NCBI GenBank assembly: GCA_965226495.1
Contig: OZ245365.1
Location: 4,576,001-4,640,000 of the forward strand
DNA length: 64,000 nt
From: Candidatus Marinacidobacterales bacterium
GTDB lineage: Bacteria > Acidobacteriota > Vicinamibacteria > Marinacidobacterales > DATDRI01
Direction: 5' to 3'
Shown: piece after piece, positions 1-10,896 of the stretch
How positions within the stretch are numbered: position 1 is the first letter of the stretch
Layout of the letters: each line of letters starts with the position of its first letter
Notes under the pieces: generated by a model
Databases searched by the model: none
The model's input: the letters and a program-made list of their open reading frames with translations, nothing else
Told to the model about the DNA's origin: nothing
Position numbers and translations under genes: made by a program

Positions 1-146
1 TCGGAAAGGTGAGAAGGAAGGACCTTGATGGCAACCGTGCGGTCGAGGCGAGTGTCTTTGGCCTTGTAGACTTCGCCCATTCCACCCGCGCCGAGGGGCG
101 AGAGGATCTCGTAGGGACCTAGCTTACTTCCGGGGTTGAGTGACAT
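1..146 (-). CDS. Ser/Thr protein kinase, N-terminus (runs off window edge)
   Basis: Manual translation from ATG at 146: [48 protein letters not shown]; Gly-rich loop and VAIK motif. Confidence 0.85.
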   Translation of the reverse strand, partial: MSLNPGSKLGPYEILSPLGAGGMGEVYKAKDTRLDRTVAIKVLPSHLS

Positions 147-162
147 GGCCAGCCCTTCGAGC

Positions 163-195
163 GTGAAGATATCCTTCCACAGGCTGAAGAGTCAA
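163..195 (-). promoter_or_regulatory. Repeated sigma70-like promoter element, copy 1
   Basis: Minus strand TTGACT-18 bp-TATCTT upstream of kinase ATG; same element recurs 9 more times. Confidence 0.7.
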
Positions 196-221
196 TGGGG
201 GACGCTTGTGGGGATTACGCT

Positions 222-355
222 TGCCACACTGTGCGGGAATTGTGCGGGAACTGGTGACAACTCAGGGCTACTGAGAGCAAAACAGGAGGAGGGAAAGCCG
301 CGTTTTTGTTGCTATACGTTGCTGTGAGTGGTCCTACGTGGCTCCCTCCATCCCC
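222..355. repeat. att-arm-like repeat A (TGTGCGGGAA direct repeats)
   Basis: Near-identical to 16785-16918; partial copies at ~2550-2662, 27432-27478, 30272-30325. Confidence 0.8.
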
Positions 356-400
<45 letters not shown>

Positions 401-492
401 ACTTTTTCAAAATCACCGGCTCCTCGATCTTCCGTTCGGACTTGTACACCGGACGACCCAAAAAGCGTTTCTCCACGGTGCAGTAGGCGAAC
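401..492. repeat. Right-flank repeat X
   Basis: Near-identical to 11809-11900, in both cases directly after a tRNA fragment. Confidence 0.85.
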
Positions 493-612
493 ATCGAACT
501 CCGTCCGGACGGAGTGATCGGAGGCACGATCTTGTTGCAGCACCTTGAGAGCTACGTCGCGGCCAAGCTTGAGGGCCTTTGCTTTGTAGACAGGTTTAAC
601 TCCTCGACCCAA
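493..612 (-). pseudogene. Degenerate Ser/Thr kinase N-terminal fragment
   Basis: LGRGVKPVYKAKALKLGRDVALKVL resembles the kinase at 16724. Confidence 0.65.
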
Positions 613-677
613 TACGGATTCAGTTGTCCCTGCACGCAAAGTTATGCGCCCTAGCCGCCCTCGACCGGGTAGTCGCG

Positions 678-1826
678 TTACTCTTCGGTGTTCTTCGGGA
701 AGCTCCCGACGGGAAATGCCTTGACGTCACCGTTCGCGTGCGAGAACTCGAACTGGTTCTGGTAGAACTTCGGGTTCTTGCGCGTCCGCAGCTCCATCTC
801 TATGACCTCGCCCGGCATGAACCGCGCTTGGTGCGTTCGCGAACTACTTCCCGCCGCGTTGCCCTGCTCGTCGTACCAGTGCTCCGCCACCGTAAACCGC
901 CTTATCCAGTCCTTCGACACATTGCGCACCCGGATCGTGGTGATCACCTCGTCGCCTTCGACCTTTGTCTCGGGGGTGAGAATCTGAACTTTAGCGAGGC
1001 CGCTTAACTCCCGAGGCCGGTACGCTGACTTGTCCCGGGCAGCCTCCTTGCTCTCGGCGGCGGCAACCTTCGAGGGCTCGGTGGCGTCTGCCGATTCGGA
1101 GGATGGTGCACTCGCCTTGGCATGCGCGGATGCCGCGGCCCGAGCCTCCGGGGTTGTCCCCTCGATGTCGAGAATGACCCAACGCGCGAGCTCGATGCGA
1201 TCGCTCTCCGGCTCAGAGAGTCTGTACTTTCGAAGCACAGCCTTAAAGGGCAGCTCGTCGCCATCCCGGGGTTTGAGGCTGAGCAGCATTTCCGTCACCG
1301 CGACGTCTCCGTCTAGGTTCTCGACGTCCACCTGGCGCACCACCGACTTAGTGGCGATTCCGGTTTCTTTGCGTACGGCCCGTTTGAGCTTTTGAAATGT
1401 GCCTTCCTTCTCTCTGCGCTCCTCAATCAGCCTCAACCACTCCTCTTGGATCTCACCAAGCTTTCCACGGAACTTGTACTCTGAATCCTCTCGCAGCTTC
1501 GGGATGATCCGTTCGAGAGCATCCGGCTGGTCCTCGAAATACTTTTTGTTTGCCTCAATCGCGGCGTCTCGTTCCTTCGTGGCGGCCTCAAACCGGTCGA
1601 CGAGCTCCGGCAACGTGAAAGGCTCCGTTGATCGGGAGCTGACCTCGACCACCTTCCACGACTCTACCTCCACGGGAGGGCCGACGGCCGACATGGAAGC
1701 AAGCGTTGTGGGGTCGTTGGTCTGGGCGGAACGGAAGAATTGGTCTATGGTCGATTGCTCCGGACTGCCGCAGGCCCAGAGGCACGCAAGGGTCACACTC
1801 ACGATCCATTCCCTGATCTTCGTCAT
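678..1826 (-). CDS. Hypothetical lipoprotein
   Basis: Long ORF; AAGGAGG RBS before ATG 1826; hydrophobic stretch ending LWAC lipobox. Confidence 0.75.
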   Translation of the reverse strand: MTKIREWIVSVTLACLWACGSPEQSTIDQFFRSAQTNDPTTLASMSAVGPPVEVESWKVVEVSSRSTEPFTLPELVDRFEAATKERDAAIEANKKYFEDQPDALERIIPKLREDSEYKFRGKLGEIQEEWLRLIEERREKEGTFQKLKRAVRKETGIATKSVVRQVDVENLDGDVAVTEMLLSLKPRDGDELPFKAVLRKYRLSEPESDRIELARWVILDIEGTTPEARAAASAHAKASAPSSESADATEPSKVAAAESKEAARDKSAYRPRELSGLAKVQILTPETKVEGDEVITTIRVRNVSKDWIRRFTVAEHWYDEQGNAAGSSSRTHQARFMPGEVIEMELRTRKNPKFYQNQFEFSHANGDVKAFPVGSFPKNTEE

Positions 1827-1939
1827 CTGATCCTCCTTTCGGAAACAGACAAACTCCGCACTCCGTGCTGGCACATTATAAGTCGATGAAATCCGGCTGG
1901 TGCTGTGGGGCTCCTGGGGAGAACTCGCAGGAAGCTCCC

Positions 1940-2083
1940 GAGAAGCGAGGACGACTTCGACTTCCTTTCGTAGGGACGCGTGATCCAGGCACGCGCCTTC
2001 CAGAAAGACGCTTCCCTCAGAGGGAGGGTGTCCAAGCGCAGCAAAGCCAGCCTTTCCACCTGCTGACGACGTTCGGTGGCCAT
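1940..2083 (-). pseudogene. Frameshifted N-terminal extension of an acidobacterial Ser/Thr kinase (MxxERWQQVE...LRKEVESLL type)
   Basis: MATERRQQVERL, then in another frame FLEGACLDHASLRKEVEVVLA. Confidence 0.55.
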
Positions 2084-2121
2084 GGGAAAGCCTCCGACTG
2101 GTTTATGCTGGCCCAGTCAGT

Positions 2122-2154
2122 GTGAAAATAGCCCCGCACAGGCTGAAAAGTCAA
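2122..2154 (-). promoter_or_regulatory. Repeated promoter element, copy 2
   Basis: TTGACT-18 bp-TATTTT. Confidence 0.7.
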
Positions 2155-2333
2155 AAGGGTTAGTGCTGACTGTACTGGCAGTATCTAGGTGGCTCCTTAG
2201 GCTTGGCACTAAGGGACATCAACGGAGTCCCAGTCAAACTTGGGAACAGAACCGCCCAAATACCCCATAAAACCGTGGAAGAAGAGAAAGGGAAAGGCTA
2301 GACGAGCGAATAAGATACAAGACCTACGGTTAA

Positions 2334-2378
<45 letters not shown>

Positions 2379-2653
2379 ACTTTTTCTCCAAACAGAACTG
2401 AGACTTGCAAGTGTTTCGAGGTTGGAATCCTCTGTCCGCTTTGTCACGCTTTTGTGGGAATTGTCCGCGTTTTGTCCGCGTTCCATGGACGAACGGCTCA
2501 CGACACGAATTTTCGGCAGACCGGATGGGTCGCACTTAGGCGGGCAAGGACTGCACGGGAATTGTGCGGGATCTAGCGGTAGCTCAGGGCGACTGAGAGC
2601 CAAAGAGGAGGAGGGAACGCCACGTTCTTGTTGCTATACGTTTCTGCAGATAG

Positions 2654-2944
2654 TCATACGCGCGAGGGCACGACGGTTACCTGAAGCCGTGCAGGCCCTT
2701 CGTCGACCTGAACCTCATCGGTCTGGCGCGGCTTACCGAAGGCGAAATGCCAAATCATGCCTTCAAGATAGGCCGGGAGTTCACCCTTCACGAATCGCTC
2801 GCGGAATCGTCGCTGGTACTCTTTGTCGGTCACCAACTGGCGGCACAGAGAACGTCCCTCGACGGGGGCCGTGTTCGGGGTGCCCTTCTTCCGACCGCCG
2901 GTCTTCCGACGACCCCTCTTGAAACTCGAACTCGATTCTGGCAT
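2654..2944 (-). CDS. Small phage/mobile-element-like hypothetical protein
   Basis: 96 aa; KTGGRKKGTPN motif reminiscent of terminase-small-subunit-like phage proteins; GGAG RBS. Confidence 0.5.
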   Translation of the reverse strand: MPESSSSFKRGRRKTGGRKKGTPNTAPVEGRSLCRQLVTDKEYQRRFRERFVKGELPAYLEGMIWHFAFGKPRQTDEVQVDEGPARLQVTVVPSRV

Positions 2945-3103
2945 CTCCCTCTACTATGCCTCTATTCTTGAGACTCCAAGCGATTCCCAAACGTACCCAC
3001 CACTACTGGTTCCGTCAAGAGGCTACGGTTGGGGAGTAGCCCCGCTCCTCCCGGCTGTATGAATTCCCTCGGTTCCCGCGCATTACCCGTACAGTCCAGG
3101 GTC

Positions 3104-4502
3104 GGGTGATGTCTTAAGATTCCTGTCAAAGAAAAACGATGTATGGTTCCCCAAGCTCAAACCCGTCCCCGTCATGGGGACAGAAAAGGAGAACCATACA
3201 TCATGGGAAAGGTACTACCGAGTCAGCGATTGCTCAAGCAGTTCGAGGAACAACTGGTATTTGGGGAGATGAATCTCTCGGAGATCGTCCGGTCGGGAGC
3301 TCAGATGATGCTTCAATATGCGTTGGAGCGCGAGGTGACGGAGGCGTTGGGTCGAAACTACTATGAGAACGCTCCGGCAACGACGAAGGAGAAGGGACGA
3401 CGCAACGGGTATGAGTCGCATCGGGTCCTCACGGGCGAGGGAGCGGTAACGGTGCAAGTGCCGCAGGTACGAGAAACAGAGAAGGTGTTTCAGTCAAAGA
3501 TTCTCGACGCCTACGTGAGCCGGACCGAGAAACTCGATGAACTGATCGCGCGGATGTACGTCCACGGGATGTCGACGCGTGACATTGAGGCGACGTTCGC
3601 GGACGTGCTGAGCGGCGCGGGTGTCTCGAAGTCGGTGGTGAGCCGGGTCACACGGTGTCTGTCGGAGGATTTCGAGGCGTTTCGAAAACGGGATCTCTCG
3701 AACGAGAAGCTGTTGTATCTCGAGCTCGACGGCACGTACCTGCGCTACCACCAAGGAGCGGAGAGGAAAGAGCCCATCCTCGTTGCGACCGGCTATCGCG
3801 CTGATGGGACGCGAGTTCTTCTTCATATCGGTGTCGGCAACCGAGAATCCTACGAGAACTGGAAGGGGTTCTTGCAGGAGATGGTGGCCCGAGGAATGAG
3901 GGAGCCGTTGCTCATCGTGACGGACGGGAATCCTGGAGTGCTCAAAGCGATCGCAGAGGTCTTCCCTCGAAGCCTCAAGCAACGTTGCCAGAAGCACCGC
4001 CTCGAGAACATCCTGGGCAAGGCTCCGAAGGAAGTGCGCGACGAACTCAAGGCGGCCATCCTTGAGTCGTTCCATGCGAACAGCTACGAGCAAGGGCTGA
4101 AGAAGGGTCGGGAGGTGATCGCTCGGTACCGTCAACGATTCCCGAGCGCGATGAAGTGCATGGAAGAGACCCTCGAAGCGTGTCTTCAGGCGCTACGCCT
4201 TCCTGCGGCGCATCACAAAAGGCTTCGCACGTCGAATCTACTTGAGCGCACGTTCGGAGAGCACAAACGTCGCACAAAGGTCATTCCTCACTTCTTCACC
4301 GAGGAGGCCGCGATGAAACTCTCGTTCGCTGTGCTCTTGGCCGTCGCAAACAAATGGCGCGGCGTGAGGATGGATGTCTTCGCCGCTAGGAAAGTCGAGG
4401 AGCTTCGCAACGAGCTTCTCCCGCAAGGCACGTCGGAGGAATCAGCAGCTTAACCGAGCGCGGGGAACCGTACGGAGATTTGACAGGAAAATTAGACTTG
4501 AC
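3104..4502 (+). mobile_element. IS256-family insertion sequence
   Basis: Imperfect terminal IRs sharing TTCCTGTCAAA; 8-bp duplication CCAGGGTC at 3096-3103 and 4503-4510. Confidence 0.9.
3143..4453 (+). CDS. IS256/Mutator-family transposase
   Basis: RNGY, LDG, IVTDG, QRCQKH, LRTSNLLER motifs. Confidence 0.92.
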   Translation: MVPQAQTRPRHGDRKGEPYIMGKVLPSQRLLKQFEEQLVFGEMNLSEIVRSGAQMMLQYALEREVTEALGRNYYENAPATTKEKGRRNGYESHRVLTGEGAVTVQVPQVRETEKVFQSKILDAYVSRTEKLDELIARMYVHGMSTRDIEATFADVLSGAGVSKSVVSRVTRCLSEDFEAFRKRDLSNEKLLYLELDGTYLRYHQGAERKEPILVATGYRADGTRVLLHIGVGNRESYENWKGFLQEMVARGMREPLLIVTDGNPGVLKAIAEVFPRSLKQRCQKHRLENILGKAPKEVRDELKAAILESFHANSYEQGLKKGREVIARYRQRFPSAMKCMEETLEACLQALRLPAAHHKRLRTSNLLERTFGEHKRRTKVIPHFFTEEAAMKLSFAVLLAVANKWRGVRMDVFAARKVEELRNELLPQGTSEESAA

Positions 4503-4640
4503 CCAGGGTCGAGTCCATGGGAATAAACATCTTACAAGGCCGCATTGATTTGTCGACCCAAAGGAATGTCAACTTCCCAGTACGTGAGAGTCCTGTGCGG
4601 GAAAGTTTGAGGGGGTTTAACAATTAACAATACTAAGCGC

Positions 4641-6387
4641 CTATTTCCCCCAATCCCCGGCGGAATCGCTGCCCGGAATATCAAATTCCAGATATTCCTC
4701 TATATCGAAGGGCATGCTGTCAACAAGGGCCCTGACCCGATCGGCAATCGCTCTGGTTTCGGGACGGGCGTTAGATAGTCCCGTGTACGGAATGCCTTTT
4801 GCGTTGGACACATCGGGATACTTCTGCTTGAACAGCTGGTGGCGAGCGACCATCTGGTTGAATTGCCCTTGGTACATGGACCCCCGGGAAGAAAGTCCAC
4901 AACTCGTTCCTCTGATTCATACCCAAGGTCGTAATAGGCCTCCGGCGTACCCGTAGCGGCTGCCTCACCAGCACCAATCCAGTGTCGCTTGTAACGGCCC
5001 TTAACCGTAGCAGCGAGTTCATGTCCGGTATAAATAAATACGAAGTCACGTCTACCGTGAGTATCGCCGTTCATAAACAGTGCGGTCTGATCGAGCCCGT
5101 CGACGACCCGGTCGGTCGGTATGTACTCGGTTGCGCCAGCTAGTCGGGCGAATGTCGTGTACAGGTCTGTCACATGTATGATGTCGCCGACCATCTGGTG
5201 TTCGTCTATCATCCCCGGCCACCATGCGAAGGCCGGAACGCGCACGCCGCCCTCGGTAAAGTCGCCCTTCCCGCCGCGATATATCATCGGCAGCATCCCC
5301 CAGCCAGGCGGCGGACTATGCACCATTGGACCATTGTCGGCCATGGCAAAGAAGAGCGTGTTCTCGGCGATGCCGAGCTTTTTGAGTTCTTCCATCAACG
5401 TCCCGACGAATGCGTCGAGCTTTGGAAAAGCGCCAGCAACTTTTAATCCGGACACCGACCGTTTCGGTCCTTCAGGGGCAAGGAAGTTTAGAAAGTTAGG
5501 CCAGTATTCAACGAAAAACGGTTTGCCCGCCTGGGCATTCTTTCCGGATGAACTCGAGGGTGCGCTTTTCGGCCTCGTCGTCAAATCTTTCGTAGCACTC
5601 GTTGGATGTCCCGCACCATTCGAGACCTTCCTCACCCTTCTTGCCTTCGATATTCATGACCCAGCCCTCGGGGATCAATCCCGGACGGTCGAGTTGATAC
5701 GGATCGGGCGGATAAATCTCCGGCGAAAAACCCAACACCGCATTTACGGCAGTGCCCTGAGGGTTATATAGGGACGTGATCTGATTCATCGGCGTGAACA
5801 ACGCCTCGTCAAAAGCCCTGGTTATGTAGGTAACTTTCCTCGATATCGCCCAAATGCGCCTTGCCGTAATGGGCGGTTGCATAACCAGCCTCCGACAATA
5901 CCTCGGCAATCGTGACCTCTTCTTCTCTGAGACCCGAGAACTCGTGCGGCATGCCAACGACACCCATGCCATGGCGTACCGGGTGTCTTCCGGTCAGGAA
6001 CGCAGCTCGCGTAGGCGTACATGCGGGCTCGGAATACATGCGCGCGAAATTAATGCCCTCTGCAGCCATCTGATTGAGGTTGGGAGTCTCGTAGCCGAAA
6101 TTCTTCTGCAGCCCCGGAAATCCGACCGCCCCGTAGGCGGTGTCATCCCAGAGCAGGTAGACAATGTTGGGCGGTTGGCCATACTGTTCGCGTAATTCAG
6201 CAAGCCTCTGGTCCAGTTCTGCATCCTCCGCCGCCCAGCGTTCGCCGTTCTGGGCCTCGAGGATGTAATACTCAGCATCGTGGACAATGTCATTCGCTTG
6301 CCCGGACGACATTCCTTGTGCGAGAAATATCATTATTATTGAAAGGGTTGCTACGCTGATTCGGCTCAATGGGTTCGGCATGCTCAA
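4641..6387 (-). pseudogene. Arylsulfatase split over several frames (pseudogene or sequencing indels)
   Basis: Signal peptide, PNIVYLLWDD, CTPTRAAFLTGR (CxPxR), DNGP, GGKG...EGGVRVP across ORFs 5809-6387, 5508-5972, 4700-5635, 4641-4877. Confidence 0.85.
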
Positions 6388-6735
6388 TCTCCTTAGTATT
6401 CAAAAGCTGCGAGTGGCGCACAAACAGATATTCAGCAGCAGAATATTACAGCCTCTCTCTCCGGAAGTCGATACCCCCAGTTTGAGAACGAACACAAGCG
6501 GAAGGTGGAGTTCAAACCACCAGCGGAGCCTCCGACTACAGAGAAAAAGAAATCTACCGAGTCGTCGCCTTGAAAGTCTTACCACTTGATGGACTTCCCG
6601 GGCGCGGAGAGACTGTCCGCGTTTTGTCCGTGAAGGTGGAACAAGACCCTACAAAACTGAACAAACAAGAATCAGGAGGAGGCCTGATCTCATTGGGTTT
6701 CTTTGTTGGTGTTTGTTCCCTATGGCTGCTTTGAA

Positions 6736-6815
6736 TGGGTACATGAACCAACCTCCCGCACGTTCCGTTTGCCACTTGGGCTCCTCCACGTGGGTGCGGC
6801 GAGGTCGTCGTGCGC
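6736..6815. repeat. ~80-bp dispersed repeat, copy 1
   Basis: Highly similar to 14566-14648. Confidence 0.8.
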
Positions 6816-7015
6816 ACCTTGAACGAGGCCCACGGGGCCTTTTGCTCTTGCCGCAGCCGATGGCGGAACTTCAGGCGATCACGCCACAGTCGCTAGACCA
6901 CGAATTGACAGCCTCACGCATTCGGAGGTAGCGTGGTTTCTTCAAGTGCGGCTTGCGCATACTCGAAGACAATAAGTTGCCTCATTGCAACAAAGGGCAA
7001 AGTCGTGAGGTGCCT

Positions 7016-8407
7016 GTGAGCGAGGATCTCCAAAGTGAGTTGGCACAGGCTGAGGCTCGAGCGAAGTACTACGAAAGCCAGTGTGATTACCTCCTTCGCC
7101 TTTTACCAAATCCCACTTTCGTCATTGACCCTGAGAGTGATCGTTACGTTGAAGTCAGCAAAGGCTATTGCGAACTCCTCGGGTACAGGGAAGACGAGCT
7201 CGTTTCCACGATTCGGCCGACCGACATTCATCCCGACGAGTTAGCTCAATTTCAGGAATTCGGCGAGAAAGTCCGCCGCAACGGGTTCGCCGCAACAGAA
7301 AAGCTCACCTGCCTGACTTCCGATGGGCGAAACATTCCGGTCAAGGTTTACGCCACACTCACTCCAGGTCAGGGAGGGCACATGCTTGTTCGCGCGATCG
7401 TCGTCGAGACACTCGACAGACGCTCAATGGAAGTGGCTCTCCATGACGAGGTCAAGACTCAGTACGACTATGAAGACATCATTGGGGAGAGTGTTGCCAT
7501 CCGAGAGATGTTGCAACAAGTAGAGCTTGTTTGCCAGACTGATGCTGCTGTTCTTATCTTAGGAGAGACGGGAACCGGGAAGGAACTGATCTGCCGAGCG
7601 ATTCATCATCGGAGCCGCAGGGGTTCTTCTCCCCTCGTAAAGCTGAACTGTGCGGCCATTCCTTCGGGCCTTGTGGAAAGTGAGCTCTTCGGTCACGAGA
7701 AAGGCGCATTCACCGGCGCAACCAGCCGAAAACTTGGGCGTTTTGAACTCGCCCACGGCGGGACGATCTTTCTCGACGAGATTGGGGATATCCCGCTTGA
7801 GCTTCAGCCGAAGCTTCTCAGGATCTTGCAGGAACGGGAATTTGAGCGGGTCGGTGGTACCCGCTCAATCAAAGTTGACACACGCCTGATTGCCGCCACC
7901 CACCGCAATCTTGAGAAGGCAGTTTCGGAGGGAACCTTTCGCGAAGACCTGTTCTACCGGCTCAATGTGTTCCCCATCACGCTTCCCCCGCTACGAGCAC
8001 GAACAGAGGATATTCCGCTCCTGACTCGATTTTTTGTCGACCGGGTGTGTGGCCGCTATGGCTGGCCTCCGTGTGAAGTCACCGACACAGCGATGCAGCG
8101 CCTTGTCACCTACCGATGGCCAGGCAATGTTCGCGAACTTGAAAACGTTGTGGAGCGCGCTATCATCCTCAGCCGTGGGCAGACTGTCGAGTCAGCGCAT
8201 ATCCATGTTGGTGAAGTGAGGAGTCACGAGGAGAACCATCCCATCCGACCCCTCAAAGAGGCTGAGCGTGAGCATATCCTTTCCGCCCTTGACGCCACTC
8301 ATTGGAAAGTGAGTGGCCCGGGAGGAGCCGCCGAGCTTCTTGATGTAAAGCCGACAACACTCGAGGCTCGGATGAAGATGTTGAATATCGTTCGGAACCC
8401 TCCCTAG
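7016..8407 (+). CDS. PAS-domain sigma54-interacting transcriptional activator
   Basis: PAS domain, GETGTGKE Walker [23 protein letters not shown]-terminal HTH. Confidence 0.92.
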   Translation: MSEDLQSELAQAEARAKYYESQCDYLLRLLPNPTFVIDPESDRYVEVSKGYCELLGYREDELVSTIRPTDIHPDELAQFQEFGEKVRRNGFAATEKLTCLTSDGRNIPVKVYATLTPGQGGHMLVRAIVVETLDRRSMEVALHDEVKTQYDYEDIIGESVAIREMLQQVELVCQTDAAVLILGETGTGKELICRAIHHRSRRGSSPLVKLNCAAIPSGLVESELFGHEKGAFTGATSRKLGRFELAHGGTIFLDEIGDIPLELQPKLLRILQEREFERVGGTRSIKVDTRLIAATHRNLEKAVSEGTFREDLFYRLNVFPITLPPLRARTEDIPLLTRFFVDRVCGRYGWPPCEVTDTAMQRLVTYRWPGNVRELENVVERAIILSRGQTVESAHIHVGEVRSHEENHPIRPLKEAEREHILSALDATHWKVSGPGGAAELLDVKPTTLEARMKMLNIVRNPP

Positions 8408-8441
8408 ATCCCTTCCTAAGTTTCCATTATTTTGGGAGCCA

Positions 8442-8459
8442 TTCCCACCCAAGTGGGAA
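8442..8459. promoter_or_regulatory. Candidate upstream activator site
   Basis: Inverted repeat TTCCCAC-N4-GTGGGAA ~100 bp upstream of the sigma54 promoter. Confidence 0.5.
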
Positions 8460-8556
8460 CACGATCAGTTCTCGCCATCCTGCTCCAATAGCGCCATCTC
8501 CAATTATCCCCTGAATTTCCAGCACTTCGAACAACATCGCCCGTGTGCTTCACGGT

Positions 8557-8572
8557 TGGCATCGGGTTTGCT
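8557..8572 (+). promoter_or_regulatory. sigma54 (-24/-12) promoter
   Basis: TGGCATCGGGTTTGCT, GG-N10-GC. Confidence 0.75.
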
Positions 8573-8625
8573 CTATCTCGGTGTAGTTGACAGACACAAG
8601 ACCGATTCTACACAGAGGAACGATC

Positions 8626-9585
8626 ATGACGAAGCCATTGATTCTCATAACAGGAGCCACTGGAAAGACAGGGTCGCCAGTCGCCCAAGGGCTGATCGAG
8701 CGCGGGTTCCCAGTCCGTGCATTCGTACACACCATTGATGGCCGATCTGAGCGGTTGACGGTATTGGGCGCTGACGTGGTTGTCGGCGACTTCCTTGATC
8801 TTCAGTCGGTTCGCTCCGCGATGCGTGACGTCAAGCGGGTGTACTTCTGCTACCCGCCGCAAGGAGACCGGCTCCTCGAAGCCGCCACGAATGTGGCCGT
8901 CGCGGCGAGGGCCGCGGGCGTGGAGGCCGTTGTCAACATGTCCCAGATCTCCGCACGCGAGAAAGCCAGAAGTCCTCTATCTCGCCACCACTGGCTGTCG
9001 GAGCAGGTCCTGGATTGGGCCAATATCGGTGCCGCACATATCCACCCGACCTTCTTCGCGGAAATGCCCTATCTCCTCTCAGGCCAGAGCATCGCGGAGG
9101 AGGGGAAACTGTATCTTCCGTTCGGAAAAGGAAAGCACGCCCCCGTCGCGGCTGAAGACATCGCGAGCGTCGTCGCAGGCATTCTTGCCAATCCCGAACC
9201 GCACATCGGCCAACATTGGGTCGTCACTGGGCCCAAGGACATGACGATCACCGAGATGGCCGAGGTGTTGACCAAAGAGATCGGGAAACCGGTCGAATAC
9301 GTCGACCTCCCAATTGCGGAATGGCGAAAGATTTTGGTGGAGAAGGCCGGGGTTCCTAAGTTCTTGGCAACACATCTGGCGGCTGTAGCTCAAGATCATA
9401 AAGACGGGGTCTTCAGTGCGGAAACAGATGTGGTGGAACGCATTGGAGGCCGTCCGCCATTATCGTTCGCGCAATTCGTTCGAAACCACATCGCCGACTT
9501 CGGCGGGAACACACATTCGAGCGGCAGGCCGCCTGGCACCCACCGTCATTCACACTCGCAAGAACTGAAAGGAGAGCAATCATGA
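8626..9585 (+). CDS. NmrA-like NAD(P)-binding protein (atypical SDR)
   Basis: ILITGATGKTG Rossmann motif. Confidence 0.88.
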   Translation: MTKPLILITGATGKTGSPVAQGLIERGFPVRAFVHTIDGRSERLTVLGADVVVGDFLDLQSVRSAMRDVKRVYFCYPPQGDRLLEAATNVAVAARAAGVEAVVNMSQISAREKARSPLSRHHWLSEQVLDWANIGAAHIHPTFFAEMPYLLSGQSIAEEGKLYLPFGKGKHAPVAAEDIASVVAGILANPEPHIGQHWVVTGPKDMTITEMAEVLTKEIGKPVEYVDLPIAEWRKILVEKAGVPKFLATHLAAVAQDHKDGVFSAETDVVERIGGRPPLSFAQFVRNHIADFGGNTHSSGRPPGTHRHSHSQELKGEQS

Positions 9586-10691
9586 TGAAAAAACCCAGAA
9601 TTCTCGTCACGGCGGCGGCTGGCCGAAACGCTTCTGCCGCCGCATTGGAGCTTCTGCGGAAGGGATTCCCTGTCCGCGCCTTCGTGCGGCGAAATGACGC
9701 TCGCTCGGAGAGGTTGCGCAAAGCGGGCGCTGAGATCTTTGTTGGTGACCTGTTCGACCTGAGTGATCTGCGTAGCGCGCTCGTCGATGTCCAGCGTGCC
9801 TACCATAGTCCGCCAGTTGCCCCCAACCTCCTCCATGGAACGATGCTTTTCGCACTCGCCGCGGAAGAGTCAAAACTGGAAGTCGTGGCCCTGATGAGTG
9901 GGTGGAATCCACATCCAGCCCACCCAACCATCCATACCCGCGAGCACTGGATCGCAAACAACATCTACCGATGGATGCCAACAGTCGATGTCATCTACGT
10001 CAACCCCGGTATCTTTGCGTTTATGTATTTGTTCGGTCTGCCCGCGATCGTGCACTTTGGCATGCTCGTTGGGCCATGGGGTGATGGGCTCAACGCTCCG
10101 CCCTCCAGCGAAGACATTGGCAGTGTGGCGGCAGGAGTGCTCGCTGATCCCTCTCCTCACATTGGCAAGCGTTACCGTCCGACGGGACCCAAGCTCATAT
10201 CGCCGCACGACGTGGCGGACATTCTTACCGACGTGGTCGGTCGCAAGGTCAAGTACCAGGACGTGTCCACCAAGATGTTTCTCAAGGCAGCGAAGGCGCA
10301 GGGAGTCTCGGCCTTCGAGATCGCCCATATTGGTGCCTACTTCGAGGAGGTTCGTGGCGGTACGTATGCGGTCGGAGCGCCGACCGATCACGTTCAAGAG
10401 GTCTTGGGCAGGCCACCGGAGTCTTTCGAGACGGCTGCTCGACGATACATCGCCCAGCCTGATCTAATCGCACCTGGCCTGCGCGCAGGCACGAAGCTCG
10501 GGGCTCTTGCCTTCATGGTCAAGATGATGCTGACCCGCGCGCCGAATCCGGATCGCTGGGCGCGGGAGCGCGATCATCCGATGTTGCGGGAGCCTGTGCT
10601 CGCCCACGACAGTCGCGAGTGGCGCGAAGCGGCAGAGAAGAAGGAGCTTCTCCTTCTGCCGACTTCCGGACTCCAGCGCAAAGTTAGTTGA
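9582..10691 (+). CDS. NmrA-like NAD(P)-binding protein, paralog
   Basis: ILVTAAAGRN; similar to upstream gene; ATGA overlap. Confidence 0.85.
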   Translation: MMKKPRILVTAAAGRNASAAALELLRKGFPVRAFVRRNDARSERLRKAGAEIFVGDLFDLSDLRSALVDVQRAYHSPPVAPNLLHGTMLFALAAEESKLEVVALMSGWNPHPAHPTIHTREHWIANNIYRWMPTVDVIYVNPGIFAFMYLFGLPAIVHFGMLVGPWGDGLNAPPSSEDIGSVAAGVLADPSPHIGKRYRPTGPKLISPHDVADILTDVVGRKVKYQDVSTKMFLKAAKAQGVSAFEIAHIGAYFEEVRGGTYAVGAPTDHVQEVLGRPPESFETAARRYIAQPDLIAPGLRAGTKLGALAFMVKMMLTRAPNPDRWARERDHPMLREPVLAHDSREWREAAEKKELLLLPTSGLQRKVS

Positions 10692-10896
10692 CAGTCACTA
10701 TGGCTCCCCGGTCCTGACGCGTTTGACGGACCTCTTGACAGAGTGTGTATAACGCTCAGGCTCCCCGCCATGATGTTGTCAGAGTTGAAGTGCCTCGCCG
10801 ACAAAAGAGACGTCCGGATGCCCTACGTCGACGGACCAAGCGATGGCCCGCCGGTCGTCTTGGGACGGACAATACATTGAGAAGGAGAAAGACAAA

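Noticed and set aside
136-327. ORFs spanning the repeated module (also 16705-17151, 19854-20114, 30155-30337)
   Set aside because: The similar peptides (HRLKSQ, LCGNCAG) only reflect the DNA repeat; frames and lengths are not conserved.
10735-10753. TTGACA...TATAAC promoter before the carbonic anhydrase
   Set aside because: Spacing is 7 bp (or 19 bp from the upstream TTGACG), outside the normal range.
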